Below, piece after piece: positions 10,674-19,757 of a stretch of 64,000 bases of DNA (the first letter of the stretch is position 1; each line of letters starts with the position of its first letter). The stretch is from Bacilli bacterium (lineage in GTDB: Bacteria > Bacillota_I > Bacilli_A > RF39 > UBA660), in contig JAFRIS010000038.1 in the NCBI GenBank assembly GCA_017432665.1, positions 10,103 to 74,102 on the forward strand, given 5' to 3'. The translations under genes were made by a program, and so were the position numbers. The notes under the pieces are model-generated. The model made no database searches. It had not been told where the DNA came from and worked only from the letters and a program-made list of their open reading frames with translations.

Positions 10674-11450
10674 CTATGAACCTACACTAGTATATCTTTT
10701 CATTCCTAAATAGAAAGTTGCTACGCAAGGAATTAAATAAATTATTACTAACAATGGAGACAGTCCATAGATAATACTATCTCTCTTACCTATAAAATAT
10801 AGTAATGGATAATAATTTACAAAAGCATATGGAATAATAATAGTAAAGAATAAGACAAATCCTTTGGAGAATACTCCTATAGGATATTGAGCCATATGTT
10901 TACCACCATCAGTAAAAACATTTCTAACTTCTAAGCCTTGAACAGTAAAGAAACAATATGAAGCTGCGACCATGAATATTCCAAAGAAAATTATGCACGC
11001 TGATAAAAGCATTAGTAAAAGAGTTATTAATTTCATTATATTCCATTTAATATTCAATTTAATAATAGCTATTACTAATACTATTATTGCTTGTATTAAA
11101 CGACAACTTTTAACAAAATCACTATCACTACAAAGAACTTGTAAAATAATGTTTTTAGGTCTTAGTAATAATCTATCAAAGTCTCCTCTAATTATTAATT
11201 TATCAAAATGATCTATTCCTCTAGCAAATACTTCATTGAAGGAAAAACCAAATTGAATAATAGCAAAGCAAAGAAGAACTTCATACATTGTATATCCTTT
11301 AATATTATTAAACTTACTAAAGAGAGCAATTATAATGAAATAATATGTAAAGAAAACTAATATTTGGGAAAGAAAAGATAAAATGAAATTTGTTCGGTAT
11401 TCTAATTCTGCTTTTAAATGCATACCGAGTGATTTTAAATAAATTTTCAT
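10674..11450 (-). CDS. ABC-2 type transporter permease
   Basis: Six TM helices and the N-terminal YR motif (LKAELEYRTNF). It abuts the upstream permease. Confidence 0.75.
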   Translation of the reverse strand: MKIYLKSLGMHLKAELEYRTNFILSFLSQILVFFTYYFIIIALFSKFNNIKGYTMYEVLLCFAIIQFGFSFNEVFARGIDHFDKLIIRGDFDRLLLRPKNIILQVLCSDSDFVKSCRLIQAIIVLVIAIIKLNIKWNIMKLITLLLMLLSACIIFFGIFMVAASYCFFTVQGLEVRNVFTDGGKHMAQYPIGVFSKGFVLFFTIIIPYAFVNYYPLLYFIGKRDSIIYGLSPLLVIIYLIPCVATFYLGMKRYTSVGS

Positions 11451-12254
11451 TTATCCTCCTTGAACCACTACTCTTTTTAAATTTTTCTTCATTAAACTAT
11501 GTCCTATAATGATTAATAAAATTAACCATATAGTTTGAATTAGTACTCCTAATAAACAGAGTTTTATAGGGATATTTCCAACATATATTCTGAATGGTAA
11601 ATCACTAATATATTGGAATGGTAATAATCTTGATATTTTTTGTAAGAAAATTGGAAAAAATGGAATGGGAACTACTATTCCTGAAAGAATATCGGCTACT
11701 GTAATCATAATATTGACTATTCCTTTTTCATTCATAGTAGTTATAGTAATAATGGGATATAGAACTGATAATGCTGTTACTAAGAGAGAACCAATTGTCA
11801 GTGAAATAGCAAAGATTATAAAACTATTTAAAGAAACTGGTAATCCAAGACCATATGGTGCAGGTAATAAAGAAGTGACTAAGATTAGAGGAAAGAATCT
11901 CAAAGTTACACTTGATAACCTTTGCCCCAGTATTTTAAAATACCACATAAAGTACAAATCCTTTGGTCTAGCTAATTCATAAGAAATTGTTCCTTCTTTA
12001 ATCATATTGAATAATTCTTGATCTCTAGTAAATTGGTTTATCAACGCTAACAAAGCCTGATTTAACCAAAGATAAGTAATTGTTTGGGATAGAGTCATGG
12101 GAATACTTTTTCCACCAGACTCATAGAAAGCAATATAGACCATGATATAAACAAAACCAAAGAAGAATTGTGTTGCGATACCAGCCCAAGCAGCACTTCT
12201 GTATTGAAGACCACTTATAAATTTTAATTTAAAGTATGTATAATACGCTTTCAG
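11451..12254 (-). CDS. ABC-2 type transporter permease (start codon non-canonical or uncertain)
   Basis: The track ORF starts at ATG 12143, but the frame is open up to 12266. The upstream part (LKAYYTYFKLKFISGLQYRSAAWAG...) carries the family N-terminal YR motif seen in the paralog. The only near-cognate start is CTG 12254..12252, which overlaps the ATPase TGA stop. Confidence 0.65.
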   Translation of the reverse strand: MKAYYTYFKLKFISGLQYRSAAWAGIATQFFFGFVYIMVYIAFYESGGKSIPMTLSQTITYLWLNQALLALINQFTRDQELFNMIKEGTISYELARPKDLYFMWYFKILGQRLSSVTLRFFPLILVTSLLPAPYGLGLPVSLNSFIIFAISLTIGSLLVTALSVLYPIITITTMNEKGIVNIMITVADILSGIVVPIPFFPIFLQKISRLLPFQYISDLPFRIYVGNIPIKLCLLGVLIQTIWLILLIIIGHSLMKKNLKRVVVQGG

Positions 12255-13231
12255 ATCTGATAGTCCTCATATAACCTAACTATCATTTTATCAATTGGTT
12301 CTTGTTCAATCTCAATATCATCAATAGATATCTTATGAGACAAAAGAGTTAATAATTCAGAAATAGATATTAATTTATTATTAATTACTAAGTCATATCC
12401 CTCTTTATTTTTAGTTTTACTGATTATTCCCTTTTTCTTAATATTTAGTGTATCTTTTGTTTTGACACTAACATAAGTTTCCGTCTCATATTTATCTTTC
12501 AATTTTTTGAGACTACCATCGTATAAAACTTTTCCCTTTCCTATCAAAATTATTCTTTTAGCGAGTGTCGTAATATCCGACATATCATGAGTAGTCAGAA
12601 TTATAGTTGTATGTTTTTCTTTGTTTAATTTCTTAATAAAATCTCTGACTAACTGTTTTGATACAGCATCTAATCCAATAGTTGGTTCATCCAGAAATAG
12701 TATATCTGGGTTATGTAACAATGATGCTGCAATTTCACAGCGCATTCTCTGTCCTAGACTTAATTGTCTGACAGGAATGTTTATGATATCTTTTAGATTT
12801 AATTTTTCAATCAAATCTTTTTTAGTAGCAAGATATTCTTCTTCAGGAATTTCATAAATATCTCTTAACAAATCAAATGTATCTTCAGCAGGAATATCCC
12901 ACCATAATTGGCTTTTTTGGCCAAAGACAACACCGATTTTTTTGACATATTTTACTCTTTCCTTCCAAGGAGTCATACCAGCTACTTTGCAACTTCCAGA
13001 ATCAGGATTTAGAATACCACTAAGTATTTTAATAGTTGTACTCTTCCCTGCTCCATTGGGTCCAATGTAGCCAACTATTTCTCCCTTTTCAATTGAAAAA
13101 GAAATATCATCTACTGCCTTGATATTCAAATATTCGCGTTTTACGAATGATTTGAACGCTTCTTTCAAACCGCTTTTTTTCTTTGCAACTCGAAAGGTTT
13201 TAGATATCTGCCTAACCTCGATGAATGACAT
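12251..13231 (-). CDS. ABC transporter ATP-binding protein
   Basis: Walker A GPNGAGKST, signature LSLGQ, Walker B ILFLDEPT. Confidence 0.9.
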   Translation of the reverse strand: MSFIEVRQISKTFRVAKKKSGLKEAFKSFVKREYLNIKAVDDISFSIEKGEIVGYIGPNGAGKSTTIKILSGILNPDSGSCKVAGMTPWKERVKYVKKIGVVFGQKSQLWWDIPAEDTFDLLRDIYEIPEEEYLATKKDLIEKLNLKDIINIPVRQLSLGQRMRCEIAASLLHNPDILFLDEPTIGLDAVSKQLVRDFIKKLNKEKHTTIILTTHDMSDITTLAKRIILIGKGKVLYDGSLKKLKDKYETETYVSVKTKDTLNIKKKGIISKTKNKEGYDLVINNKLISISELLTLLSHKISIDDIEIEQEPIDKMIVRLYEDYQI

Positions 13232-13337
13232 TTAAAACTCACTCCTTTCCACGCAAAAAAACCACATATTTGTCCATATGTAGGTATGCAAATACATAGT
13301 TGAATTGCGAAACGTCTATATCACAATATCACACTTC

Positions 13338-13377
13338 AAAAAAAAAGTAAAGATAAAATTTACTTTTTCTTTACTTT
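13338..13377 (-). terminator. intrinsic terminator after the superoxide reductase gene
   Basis: On the minus strand, AAAGTAAAGA...TCTTTACTTT is followed by a T9 run. The hairpin abuts the stop codon. Confidence 0.5.
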
Positions 13378-13713
13378 TTATAAACTATTTTCCCATAATC
13401 CATGTTTATTACAGTAGCTATAGGCTTTCATACCTTCTTTGAATTCTACTTCTACTTTGGGTTCTTCTCCTGGATTAAAGTGTTTAATAATTTGTTTATC
13501 TCCATAATCTACCATAATCCATTCAATGTAATGATCATCTTCCATTACATGATTAACTAATACTATTACTTTATCTCCTTCTCTTTCAAATTGAGGGACA
13601 TGTTTTTCAAATGCAGCATCTACACTATTAGCCTTAATAATTCTATCATCTACATTTTCTGCTTCTTTTAATAAAGCCATAATATTATTATTTTTACATT
13701 TTATTATTTTCAT
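13378..13713 (-). CDS. sor: superoxide reductase (desulfoferrodoxin/neelaredoxin family, no Cys4 N-domain)
   Basis: Center II ligand pattern: EKHVP, HVMEDDH (H-x5-H) and CNKH (C-x2-H). The short N-terminal region has no Cys4 rubredoxin-like site. Confidence 0.8.
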   Translation of the reverse strand: MKIIKCKNNNIMALLKEAENVDDRIIKANSVDAAFEKHVPQFEREGDKVIVLVNHVMEDDHYIEWIMVDYGDKQIIKHFNPGEEPKVEVEFKEGMKAYSYCNKHGLWENSL

Positions 13714-13721
13714 ATAATCAC

Positions 13722-14363
13722 CTACTTAGAAGAAGTTATCTTTACACTAATTAAATCTGTTTTCTTTATTGTACCTGGTTCTAATATTTTAATTACATAG
13801 TATAATGAATCTTTTTCATGTTTACCTAATTTGCCACCGGCAATAATAGTTCTATTTTGATCAACCATTAAGTTTTCATCACTACCATGTTGAGTTACTG
13901 AAATTCTAGAATCACTACTATTTTTAATATCAACGGTATAATTAAGATCTTCTTGATTAATTTCTTTATCTTTATAATTAGCTATTCTAAATACATATTG
14001 TCCTTTTCTATTAAGTTCTGAAACATTAATATTAAATGCTGATTCATCTTCTTTATTAACTATAGGAATAACTATATTAGCAGTAATTTTATTCTTATTC
14101 TCATGCTTTTTTTGAATAACTACAACGCTTAATACAATAACTACCACTAACAATAGGCAAAAAGCAATCAACAAAGCCATTGAAGAGTCGGCCTTTTTAG
14201 CCTTTTTCTTTGGTTCAGTCTTTTCCAGTTTTACTTCTTCTTTTTGTTCTACCTTTTCTTTTACTTCGACCTTTTTAATAGGAGTTTCTCTCTTAGTAGT
14301 TGGTTTTTTATTTTTAGACTTAGTAGACGTTTTGTTCTTTTTCTTTACTTCTTTTTCTTCCAT
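13722..14363 (-). CDS. hypothetical membrane-anchored protein (K-rich cytoplasmic tail, one TM, beta-rich ectodomain)
   Basis: ORF with a lysine-rich N-terminus and a TM helix (ALLIAFCLLLVVVIVLSVVVI). It lies 8 nt from both flanking genes. Confidence 0.5.
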   Translation of the reverse strand: MEEKEVKKKNKTSTKSKNKKPTTKRETPIKKVEVKEKVEQKEEVKLEKTEPKKKAKKADSSMALLIAFCLLLVVVIVLSVVVIQKKHENKNKITANIVIPIVNKEDESAFNINVSELNRKGQYVFRIANYKDKEINQEDLNYTVDIKNSSDSRISVTQHGSDENLMVDQNRTIIAGGKLGKHEKDSLYYVIKILEPGTIKKTDLISVKITSSK

Positions 14364-14371
14364 ATTATCAC

Positions 14372-15736
14372 CTATTTCTTTAACCTTTCTCTTATACTAT
14401 CTAACTTATTATCATAGTTACTTTTTTGTTCTTCAGTAAGAGTTGATTCTAATACAGCATTAGAAACATCCTCATCTATTTTAGCATCAGTATTAGCTTT
14501 TATATTAAGTTTAATATTACCACTTAAAACACTAACTTTATTCTCAATATATTTAAAAGACAACTCTTTATCATTAACAAACTCTTTATTATCCTTTACA
14601 TTATCATACTTAGATGAATAAATAACATCATATTTCTTAGTACCATCATCAAAGTTAAAAGTATAATAAGTTCCAACTTCACTCTTCTCTACTTTAAGTA
14701 CACCTATTTCCTTACCCGCAGAGTCATCAATCTTACACTCTAATACTTTATCATTATCAGATATTTTCATACTGTAAATGACTGTATCATCTTCTATATA
14801 ATATAAATTGCCCTTAGAAACATTTCCTTCATAAGTATAAGTAGTTTTTTCATCACCATTTAGATGTATTACTTCATATTTTAATACATTGTTTAAATAT
14901 TTACTACTATAAATATTTAACGTATAGTTTTCTTTCTTTCCTAAAAGAGTAGTTTTATCTTTTATCTTATACTTGGCAAAATCTTTATTAGCGCTAGTTA
15001 AAATCTTATTAGCTCTCTCATCTTTCGTTAAATCATCGATTGTTCCATTAAGAATTTTATGAAGTAGTTTATCATCAACACGTATTGAGATTTGATTAAC
15101 TTCTTCTTTAGAACCATTAATATTAGTAGTAACTTTATATTTTTCAAAATACTCATCTTTGATATTATTCTTAAAAGCTGTTAAAAAAGCATCATGAACA
15201 TAGTGAATATTATCTAAAGTAGTGTTTTCATCAACAAACATTTCATAATAATTACTAGTTCCTGCATTAACAAAGTTTTTCAAAATATCATCTACATAAT
15301 AATAACTAGTAGCGTTTTCTATTAAATATTTATAATTAACTATACTTTCTTTATTTAAAACGCTATTTACCTCTATTAATGATTTCTTTTCATCCTTATT
15401 TTGATTAATACTAATGGTATTTGTAGTTCCACTTAAGTTCTTTAAAGTATTATATTTTTCTAAGTACTCTTTGTCTTTCTTAGACTTATTAAGATAATCT
15501 TCGCTGTCCAAATCAAAGTCTATATTAGCTTCTATACTAAAGGAATCATCCAAATTATACTTATCATCTAATTTTAAATAATTTACTAATTTAGAATCCA
15601 CTTGATCAATACTTATCCCTACTAGATTGCTTGGTTTAGTTAGTTCTGTATAATAAATACCTAAATATATAGAAATCCCTGCACCTAGAAGTAAAATACT
15701 TATAATAAGAATAAAAATTACCTTTTTCTTCTTCAT
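14372..15736 (-). CDS. hypothetical membrane-anchored extracellular protein
   Basis: N-terminal TM/signal anchor (VIFILIISILLLGAGISIYLGIYY). No recognisable motif. Confidence 0.5.
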   Translation of the reverse strand: MKKKKVIFILIISILLLGAGISIYLGIYYTELTKPSNLVGISIDQVDSKLVNYLKLDDKYNLDDSFSIEANIDFDLDSEDYLNKSKKDKEYLEKYNTLKNLSGTTNTISINQNKDEKKSLIEVNSVLNKESIVNYKYLIENATSYYYVDDILKNFVNAGTSNYYEMFVDENTTLDNIHYVHDAFLTAFKNNIKDEYFEKYKVTTNINGSKEEVNQISIRVDDKLLHKILNGTIDDLTKDERANKILTSANKDFAKYKIKDKTTLLGKKENYTLNIYSSKYLNNVLKYEVIHLNGDEKTTYTYEGNVSKGNLYYIEDDTVIYSMKISDNDKVLECKIDDSAGKEIGVLKVEKSEVGTYYTFNFDDGTKKYDVIYSSKYDNVKDNKEFVNDKELSFKYIENKVSVLSGNIKLNIKANTDAKIDEDVSNAVLESTLTEEQKSNYDNKLDSIRERLKK

Positions 15737-15812
15737 TAAGGACCACTCCTATTATATTAATTATATAACAAAGAAGGTTAATGGTAAAGAAAAAAGCAAT
15801 TATAATTGCTTT

Positions 15813-16340
15813 TTAATTTGACTCAGTAATTAATGCTAAATTATAGCTAAAGTTCTTAGTTTCATCTTTATTAATAGATGGACTATAGTAAATTACTATC
15901 TTATATTCTAATTCTTCTCCTGGAAGTAATGTTTTTCCTTCAATATCAGTGGTAGTAATAGATACTGGATGAATTAATTTCTTATATGTTTCCATGGAAT
16001 AATCAGGATTTTTATGAATTTTCACTATCTTAGCAGGTAATGTTCCTTTATTCTTAACTGTTACTGCATAAGTTAACTCATCATGAGCAGCAAACATTGA
16101 AAAATTCATATTTAGTATTTTTCCAGTTGGATCTATTGATACATCTCCTACTGGTGCTATACTTGACCCTTTAATAGAATTTTGTTTAGTTATATCATAA
16201 AACACTACATTGAAACTTTCTTCTTTTTCTTGATAAGCTCTTAGTTTCACCGACAAAGCAATGAAACCAATGGCCATTAAAACTATCGTAATACATAAAA
16301 TTATAATAATGTTATTACGAATATTTAGCATTTTTTTCAT
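15813..16340 (-). CDS. hypothetical membrane-anchored beta-rich protein
   Basis: N-terminal TM anchor. It starts 14 nt downstream of the pbp2B stop. The strand motif ELTYAVTVKNKGTLPAKIVKI resembles other small anchored ORFs in this window. Confidence 0.5.
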   Translation of the reverse strand: MKKMLNIRNNIIIILCITIVLMAIGFIALSVKLRAYQEKEESFNVVFYDITKQNSIKGSSIAPVGDVSIDPTGKILNMNFSMFAAHDELTYAVTVKNKGTLPAKIVKIHKNPDYSMETYKKLIHPVSITTTDIEGKTLLPGEELEYKIVIYYSPSINKDETKNFSYNLALITESN

Positions 16341-16354
16341 ACTACCATCCCTTT

Positions 16355-18499
16355 TTATTGGTACTTAGGAGCTAATTTTAGAGATATTTCCATTCCTTTA
16401 GTTATCTTAGTACCTGGAGCAACAGATTGTTCAGTAACATATCCTACTCCATTTAATTTTACATTTAAACCTAGTTTTTGCAAAATATCTTTGCTTACTT
16501 TTGAAGATAACCCTTTAACATCAGGTATCTTCATTGAACTATCATTAGTTATTAAATATATTATATCATTATTTGTAATAATGTCACCACTATCTGGTGA
16601 TTGATTTATTACTTTATTACCTCCACCAATTACTTGGTATTTAATTCCTTGACTAGATAAAGTTGTTTTTACTTTATCTACTTTCTTATTAGTGAAACTT
16701 TCTACAGTATAATCTTTAATATCAACCACTTTAGATGAATTACTATCACTATTACCATAATATTTAGAAACATTAGCAACTATTTCTTTAACTGAATTAC
16801 TTACTGGTTTTTGACTACCACCACTAGGTCTTTTTATAGAAGCATAAATAATTACTTGAGGATTACTCTTAGGATAAATTCCAGAGAAAGAAGAAATAAT
16901 ATCTTCTTTACCGCTTAAATATCCTCCTCCATGTTCACTAGCTATTTGAGCAGTACCAGTTTTACCTATTAACTCTCCACTCGCAATACGGAATCCACTA
17001 CCTGTATTACCTTGTCCATTGACACAATCGCTCATTAATTGGAACATCTTTTGAACTGTAGCAGTAGAAGCAACTCTTTCTACTTCTTTTCTTTTGTTTT
17101 CTACTACTGCCTCTCCTGTTTCTGAATCAACTATTTTAGAGACAATAAATGGTTCTAATAACATTCCATCATTAGTTAATGGAGTTAGTGCTTTAACATT
17201 TTGAATTGGTGTAGTTGTAATACCTTGTCCAAATCCAGCGTTATATATTTCAGTTTCATATTTAAAATCTAATTTGCCTTTACTTTCGTTAGGTAATTCT
17301 ATTCCAGTTTTTCTACCGAAACCTAATTTTCTAAAATATTGTCTTAACATCATACTAGACATATGTCTACTAATTAAATTAATAACACCAACGTTACTAC
17401 TCATAGCATAACCTTTATCAAAAGAAATAACTCCCCATCCATTACGATCCCAGTCACCTATTTCAGTGCCGTCTTTTGTTTTATAGACACCTGAACGATA
17501 AGTTTCTGAACCATTATAAACGCCGTTTTCCATAGCGGCCATATAAGTAAATGTTTTCATAGTACTTCCTGGTTCATACGGCGAAGAAATCATCATATCT
17601 AAATAATTTTTTATATCTCTTTTATTTGGATCAAATGATGGACTAGAACTAGTTCCTAAAACAGCACCTGTTTTAGCATCTAAAACAGTTATAGTAAACC
17701 ATTCCCAATCATATCCTTTATCAGCATTATTAATTGCTTGTTCAACAAAGAATTGAACATTTGAATCGATTGTCAAATAAATATCTTTTCCTTGAATAGC
17801 TTCTTTTCTTACTTCTGGTGTATTAGCAATTCTATAACCTTTTAAATCTTTTTGATAAGTAATAGAACCATCTTCTCCTTTTAACAATTTATCATATTGC
17901 TTTTCTATTCCTAATTCACCTGTTACAGTAGAGTCTTCATCATTAATAACTCTTGTATAACCAATTGTATATGAAGCAAAGTCTCCTTTAGGATAATATC
18001 TTTTATAACTTTCTATAAAATCTAAACCTGGTAAGTTTAAATCATCAATCTTTTTCTTAGTTAATTCATTTAACCCTTTACCTTTAGTTCCAAATTCTGT
18101 TTGATAAACATTTTCTTTAGATAAATACTTTAATACTTCTTCTTTTTTCATTCCTAAAACAGGAGCTAGTTTAGTAGCTGTATCTTCTTTATCTACCACA
18201 TGTTGAGGTTTTTTCTTATTAGTTGTTCTTTTAGGATCTAAATATGCAATCAACTTATAAGAAGCAACATTTTGAGCAAGCACATCACCATTAGCTGAGA
18301 AGATTGCTCCTCTAGTTGCTGGAATAATCTCTGTTCTAGTTGTTCTGTTACTAGCTAATTCTTTTAAATTTATTCCATCAATTTCACTAGACATTCCTAA
18401 TTGAATGATTCTCCCTATCATTAGGCAAAATAAAAGAAGAGAACCTAATATAACTATTTTGGAATATCTAATATTATTTTTTCTCTTCTTTTTAGCCAA
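16355..18499 (-). CDS. pbpB: penicillin-binding protein 2B (division transpeptidase) with two PASTA domains
   Basis: STMK (SxxK), SSN and KTGTA motifs, with two C-terminal PASTA-like repeats. It sits after ftsL. The start appears to be TTG. Confidence 0.9.
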   Translation of the reverse strand: MAKKKRKNNIRYSKIVILGSLLLFCLMIGRIIQLGMSSEIDGINLKELASNRTTRTEIIPATRGAIFSANGDVLAQNVASYKLIAYLDPKRTTNKKKPQHVVDKEDTATKLAPVLGMKKEEVLKYLSKENVYQTEFGTKGKGLNELTKKKIDDLNLPGLDFIESYKRYYPKGDFASYTIGYTRVINDEDSTVTGELGIEKQYDKLLKGEDGSITYQKDLKGYRIANTPEVRKEAIQGKDIYLTIDSNVQFFVEQAINNADKGYDWEWFTITVLDAKTGAVLGTSSSPSFDPNKRDIKNYLDMMISSPYEPGSTMKTFTYMAAMENGVYNGSETYRSGVYKTKDGTEIGDWDRNGWGVISFDKGYAMSSNVGVINLISRHMSSMMLRQYFRKLGFGRKTGIELPNESKGKLDFKYETEIYNAGFGQGITTTPIQNVKALTPLTNDGMLLEPFIVSKIVDSETGEAVVENKRKEVERVASTATVQKMFQLMSDCVNGQGNTGSGFRIASGELIGKTGTAQIASEHGGGYLSGKEDIISSFSGIYPKSNPQVIIYASIKRPSGGSQKPVSNSVKEIVANVSKYYGNSDSNSSKVVDIKDYTVESFTNKKVDKVKTTLSSQGIKYQVIGGGNKVINQSPDSGDIITNNDIIYLITNDSSMKIPDVKGLSSKVSKDILQKLGLNVKLNGVGYVTEQSVAPGTKITKGMEISLKLAPKYQ

Positions 18500-18516
18500 G
18501 ATATCACATCCTACTT

Positions 18517-18816
18517 CTAATTGTCATTAACAACAGATTTTATATTACCATTATTATAACTTAATCCTTGTTGTTCCGCAACTTCTTGTATTTTTGTTAA
18601 GGAAGCCAATTCATCAATTGTCATTGCAAGTGACTCATTAGTTTTCTTTTGTACTTCTATTTCTTTCTTTTGCTTTTCCACTTCAAAGTTTACTTTAGCT
18701 AGTGTTGCTTTTGAAAAAACTATTGAGATAGGAGCTATAACCAATAGGAAAATAGCTAGAGAGTATATTAATCTCTCAAACTTAGACATTTTAACTTTTT
18801 TCTTGTATTTTTTCAT
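18517..18816 (-). CDS. ftsL: cell division protein FtsL
   Basis: 99 aa with one TM helix and a coiled coil, located between rsmH and pbp2B. Confidence 0.7.
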   Translation of the reverse strand: MKKYKKKVKMSKFERLIYSLAIFLLVIAPISIVFSKATLAKVNFEVEKQKKEIEVQKKTNESLAMTIDELASLTKIQEVAEQQGLSYNNGNIKSVVNDN

Positions 18817-18827
18817 CTAAATTCCTC

Positions 18828-19757
18828 CTATCTTATTTTTTCAATTACTCTTAACTTAGAACTTCTAGCTCTAGGATTATTCTTTATTTCTTCTTCACTA
18901 GGATTAATTGCTTTATTATATACCAATCTAAAATTAGGCAGATACTCCTCTGGTATATTAGGCATTCCCTTTACTTTCTCATCTATTTTACATTTTTCAT
19001 TGAAAATGTTTTTTACGATTCTATCCTCTAAAGAATGAAAAGTAATAATAGCGCAGCGTCCCCCTACATTAAGTAATTCTAAAGCTTGTAAAATTGCAGG
19101 TTCTAAGACATCCAATTCGTGGTTTACTTCAATTCTGATTGCTTGGAAGATTTGTCTTGCTGGATGTTTATCAATTCTGAATTTCATAGGAACCGCTGTT
19201 TTAATTACTTCTACTAATTCTAAAGTTGTCTCTATATTTTTATCTTTTCTATATTCAACTATTCTTTTCGCAATATTATTAGCAAACTTAGATTCTCCAT
19301 ATAGTTTAAAAATTCTTGCTAATTCTTCTTTAGAATAGTTATTTACTACTTCATAGGCTGATAGTTTTTGTTCTTTATCCATTCTCATATCTAATTTGGC
19401 ATTATTGTGATATGAAAAACCTCTCTCACTATCATCTAATTGAGGCGATGAAACCCCTAAATCAAATAGGATTCCATCTACCTTTGACACATTAAGTTTT
19501 TCTAACTCTTCTTTCATATGTATAAAGTTACTCTTAATGATAGTGAAGTTAGTACCGATCTTAGATAGGCGATCGGTACTATGCCGAATTGCTTCACTAT
19601 CTTGGTCAAAGGCGAATAAATAACCCTCTTTTATTCTATCCAAGATGTTACTACTGTGTCCTCCATAGCCTAAGGTTGCGTCTACAATAATGCTATTTTC
19701 ATTAATATTTAGGGAGGAAATAGATTCATTAAGTAATACGCTAATATGTTTTTCCAT
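18828..19757 (-). CDS. rsmH: 16S rRNA (cytosine1402-N4)-methyltransferase
   Basis: HISVLLNE, DATLGYGGHS and FDLGVSSPQLD motifs. Confidence 0.95.
   Translation of the reverse strand: MEKHISVLLNESISSLNINENSIIVDATLGYGGHSSNILDRIKEGYLFAFDQDSEAIRHSTDRLSKIGTNFTIIKSNFIHMKEELEKLNVSKVDGILFDLGVSSPQLDDSERGFSYHNNAKLDMRMDKEQKLSAYEVVNNYSKEELARIFKLYGESKFANNIAKRIVEYRKDKNIETTLELVEVIKTAVPMKFRIDKHPARQIFQAIRIEVNHELDVLEPAILQALELLNVGGRCAIITFHSLEDRIVKNIFNEKCKIDEKVKGMPNIPEEYLPNFRLVYNKAINPSEEEIKNNPRARSSKLRVIEKIR

Noticed and set aside
12251-12253. A Mollicutes-type genetic code (TGA = Trp), suggested by the extreme AT-richness.
   Set aside because: TGA terminates the ABC ATPase exactly where homologs end. Trp is encoded by TGG throughout. 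A full peptidoglycan and divisome gene set is present.
10972-12857. Antisense ORFs inside the ABC transporter genes (10972..11211 +, 11665..11982 +, 12621..12857 +). Similar short opposite-strand ORFs occur elsewhere (19746..20069, 24642..24881, 25195..25464, 28013..28225, 30638..30856, 30975..31178, 33322..33576, 34754..35026, 39360..39566, 46668..47018, 54133..54375, 55762..55971, 56967..57305, 57951..58160, 59485..59670, 62073..62330, 62925..63113).
   Set aside because: Each is fully embedded in a long ORF with clear family motifs on the other strand or frame. AT-rich genomes generate many such stop-free antisense stretches. None has a convincing RBS.
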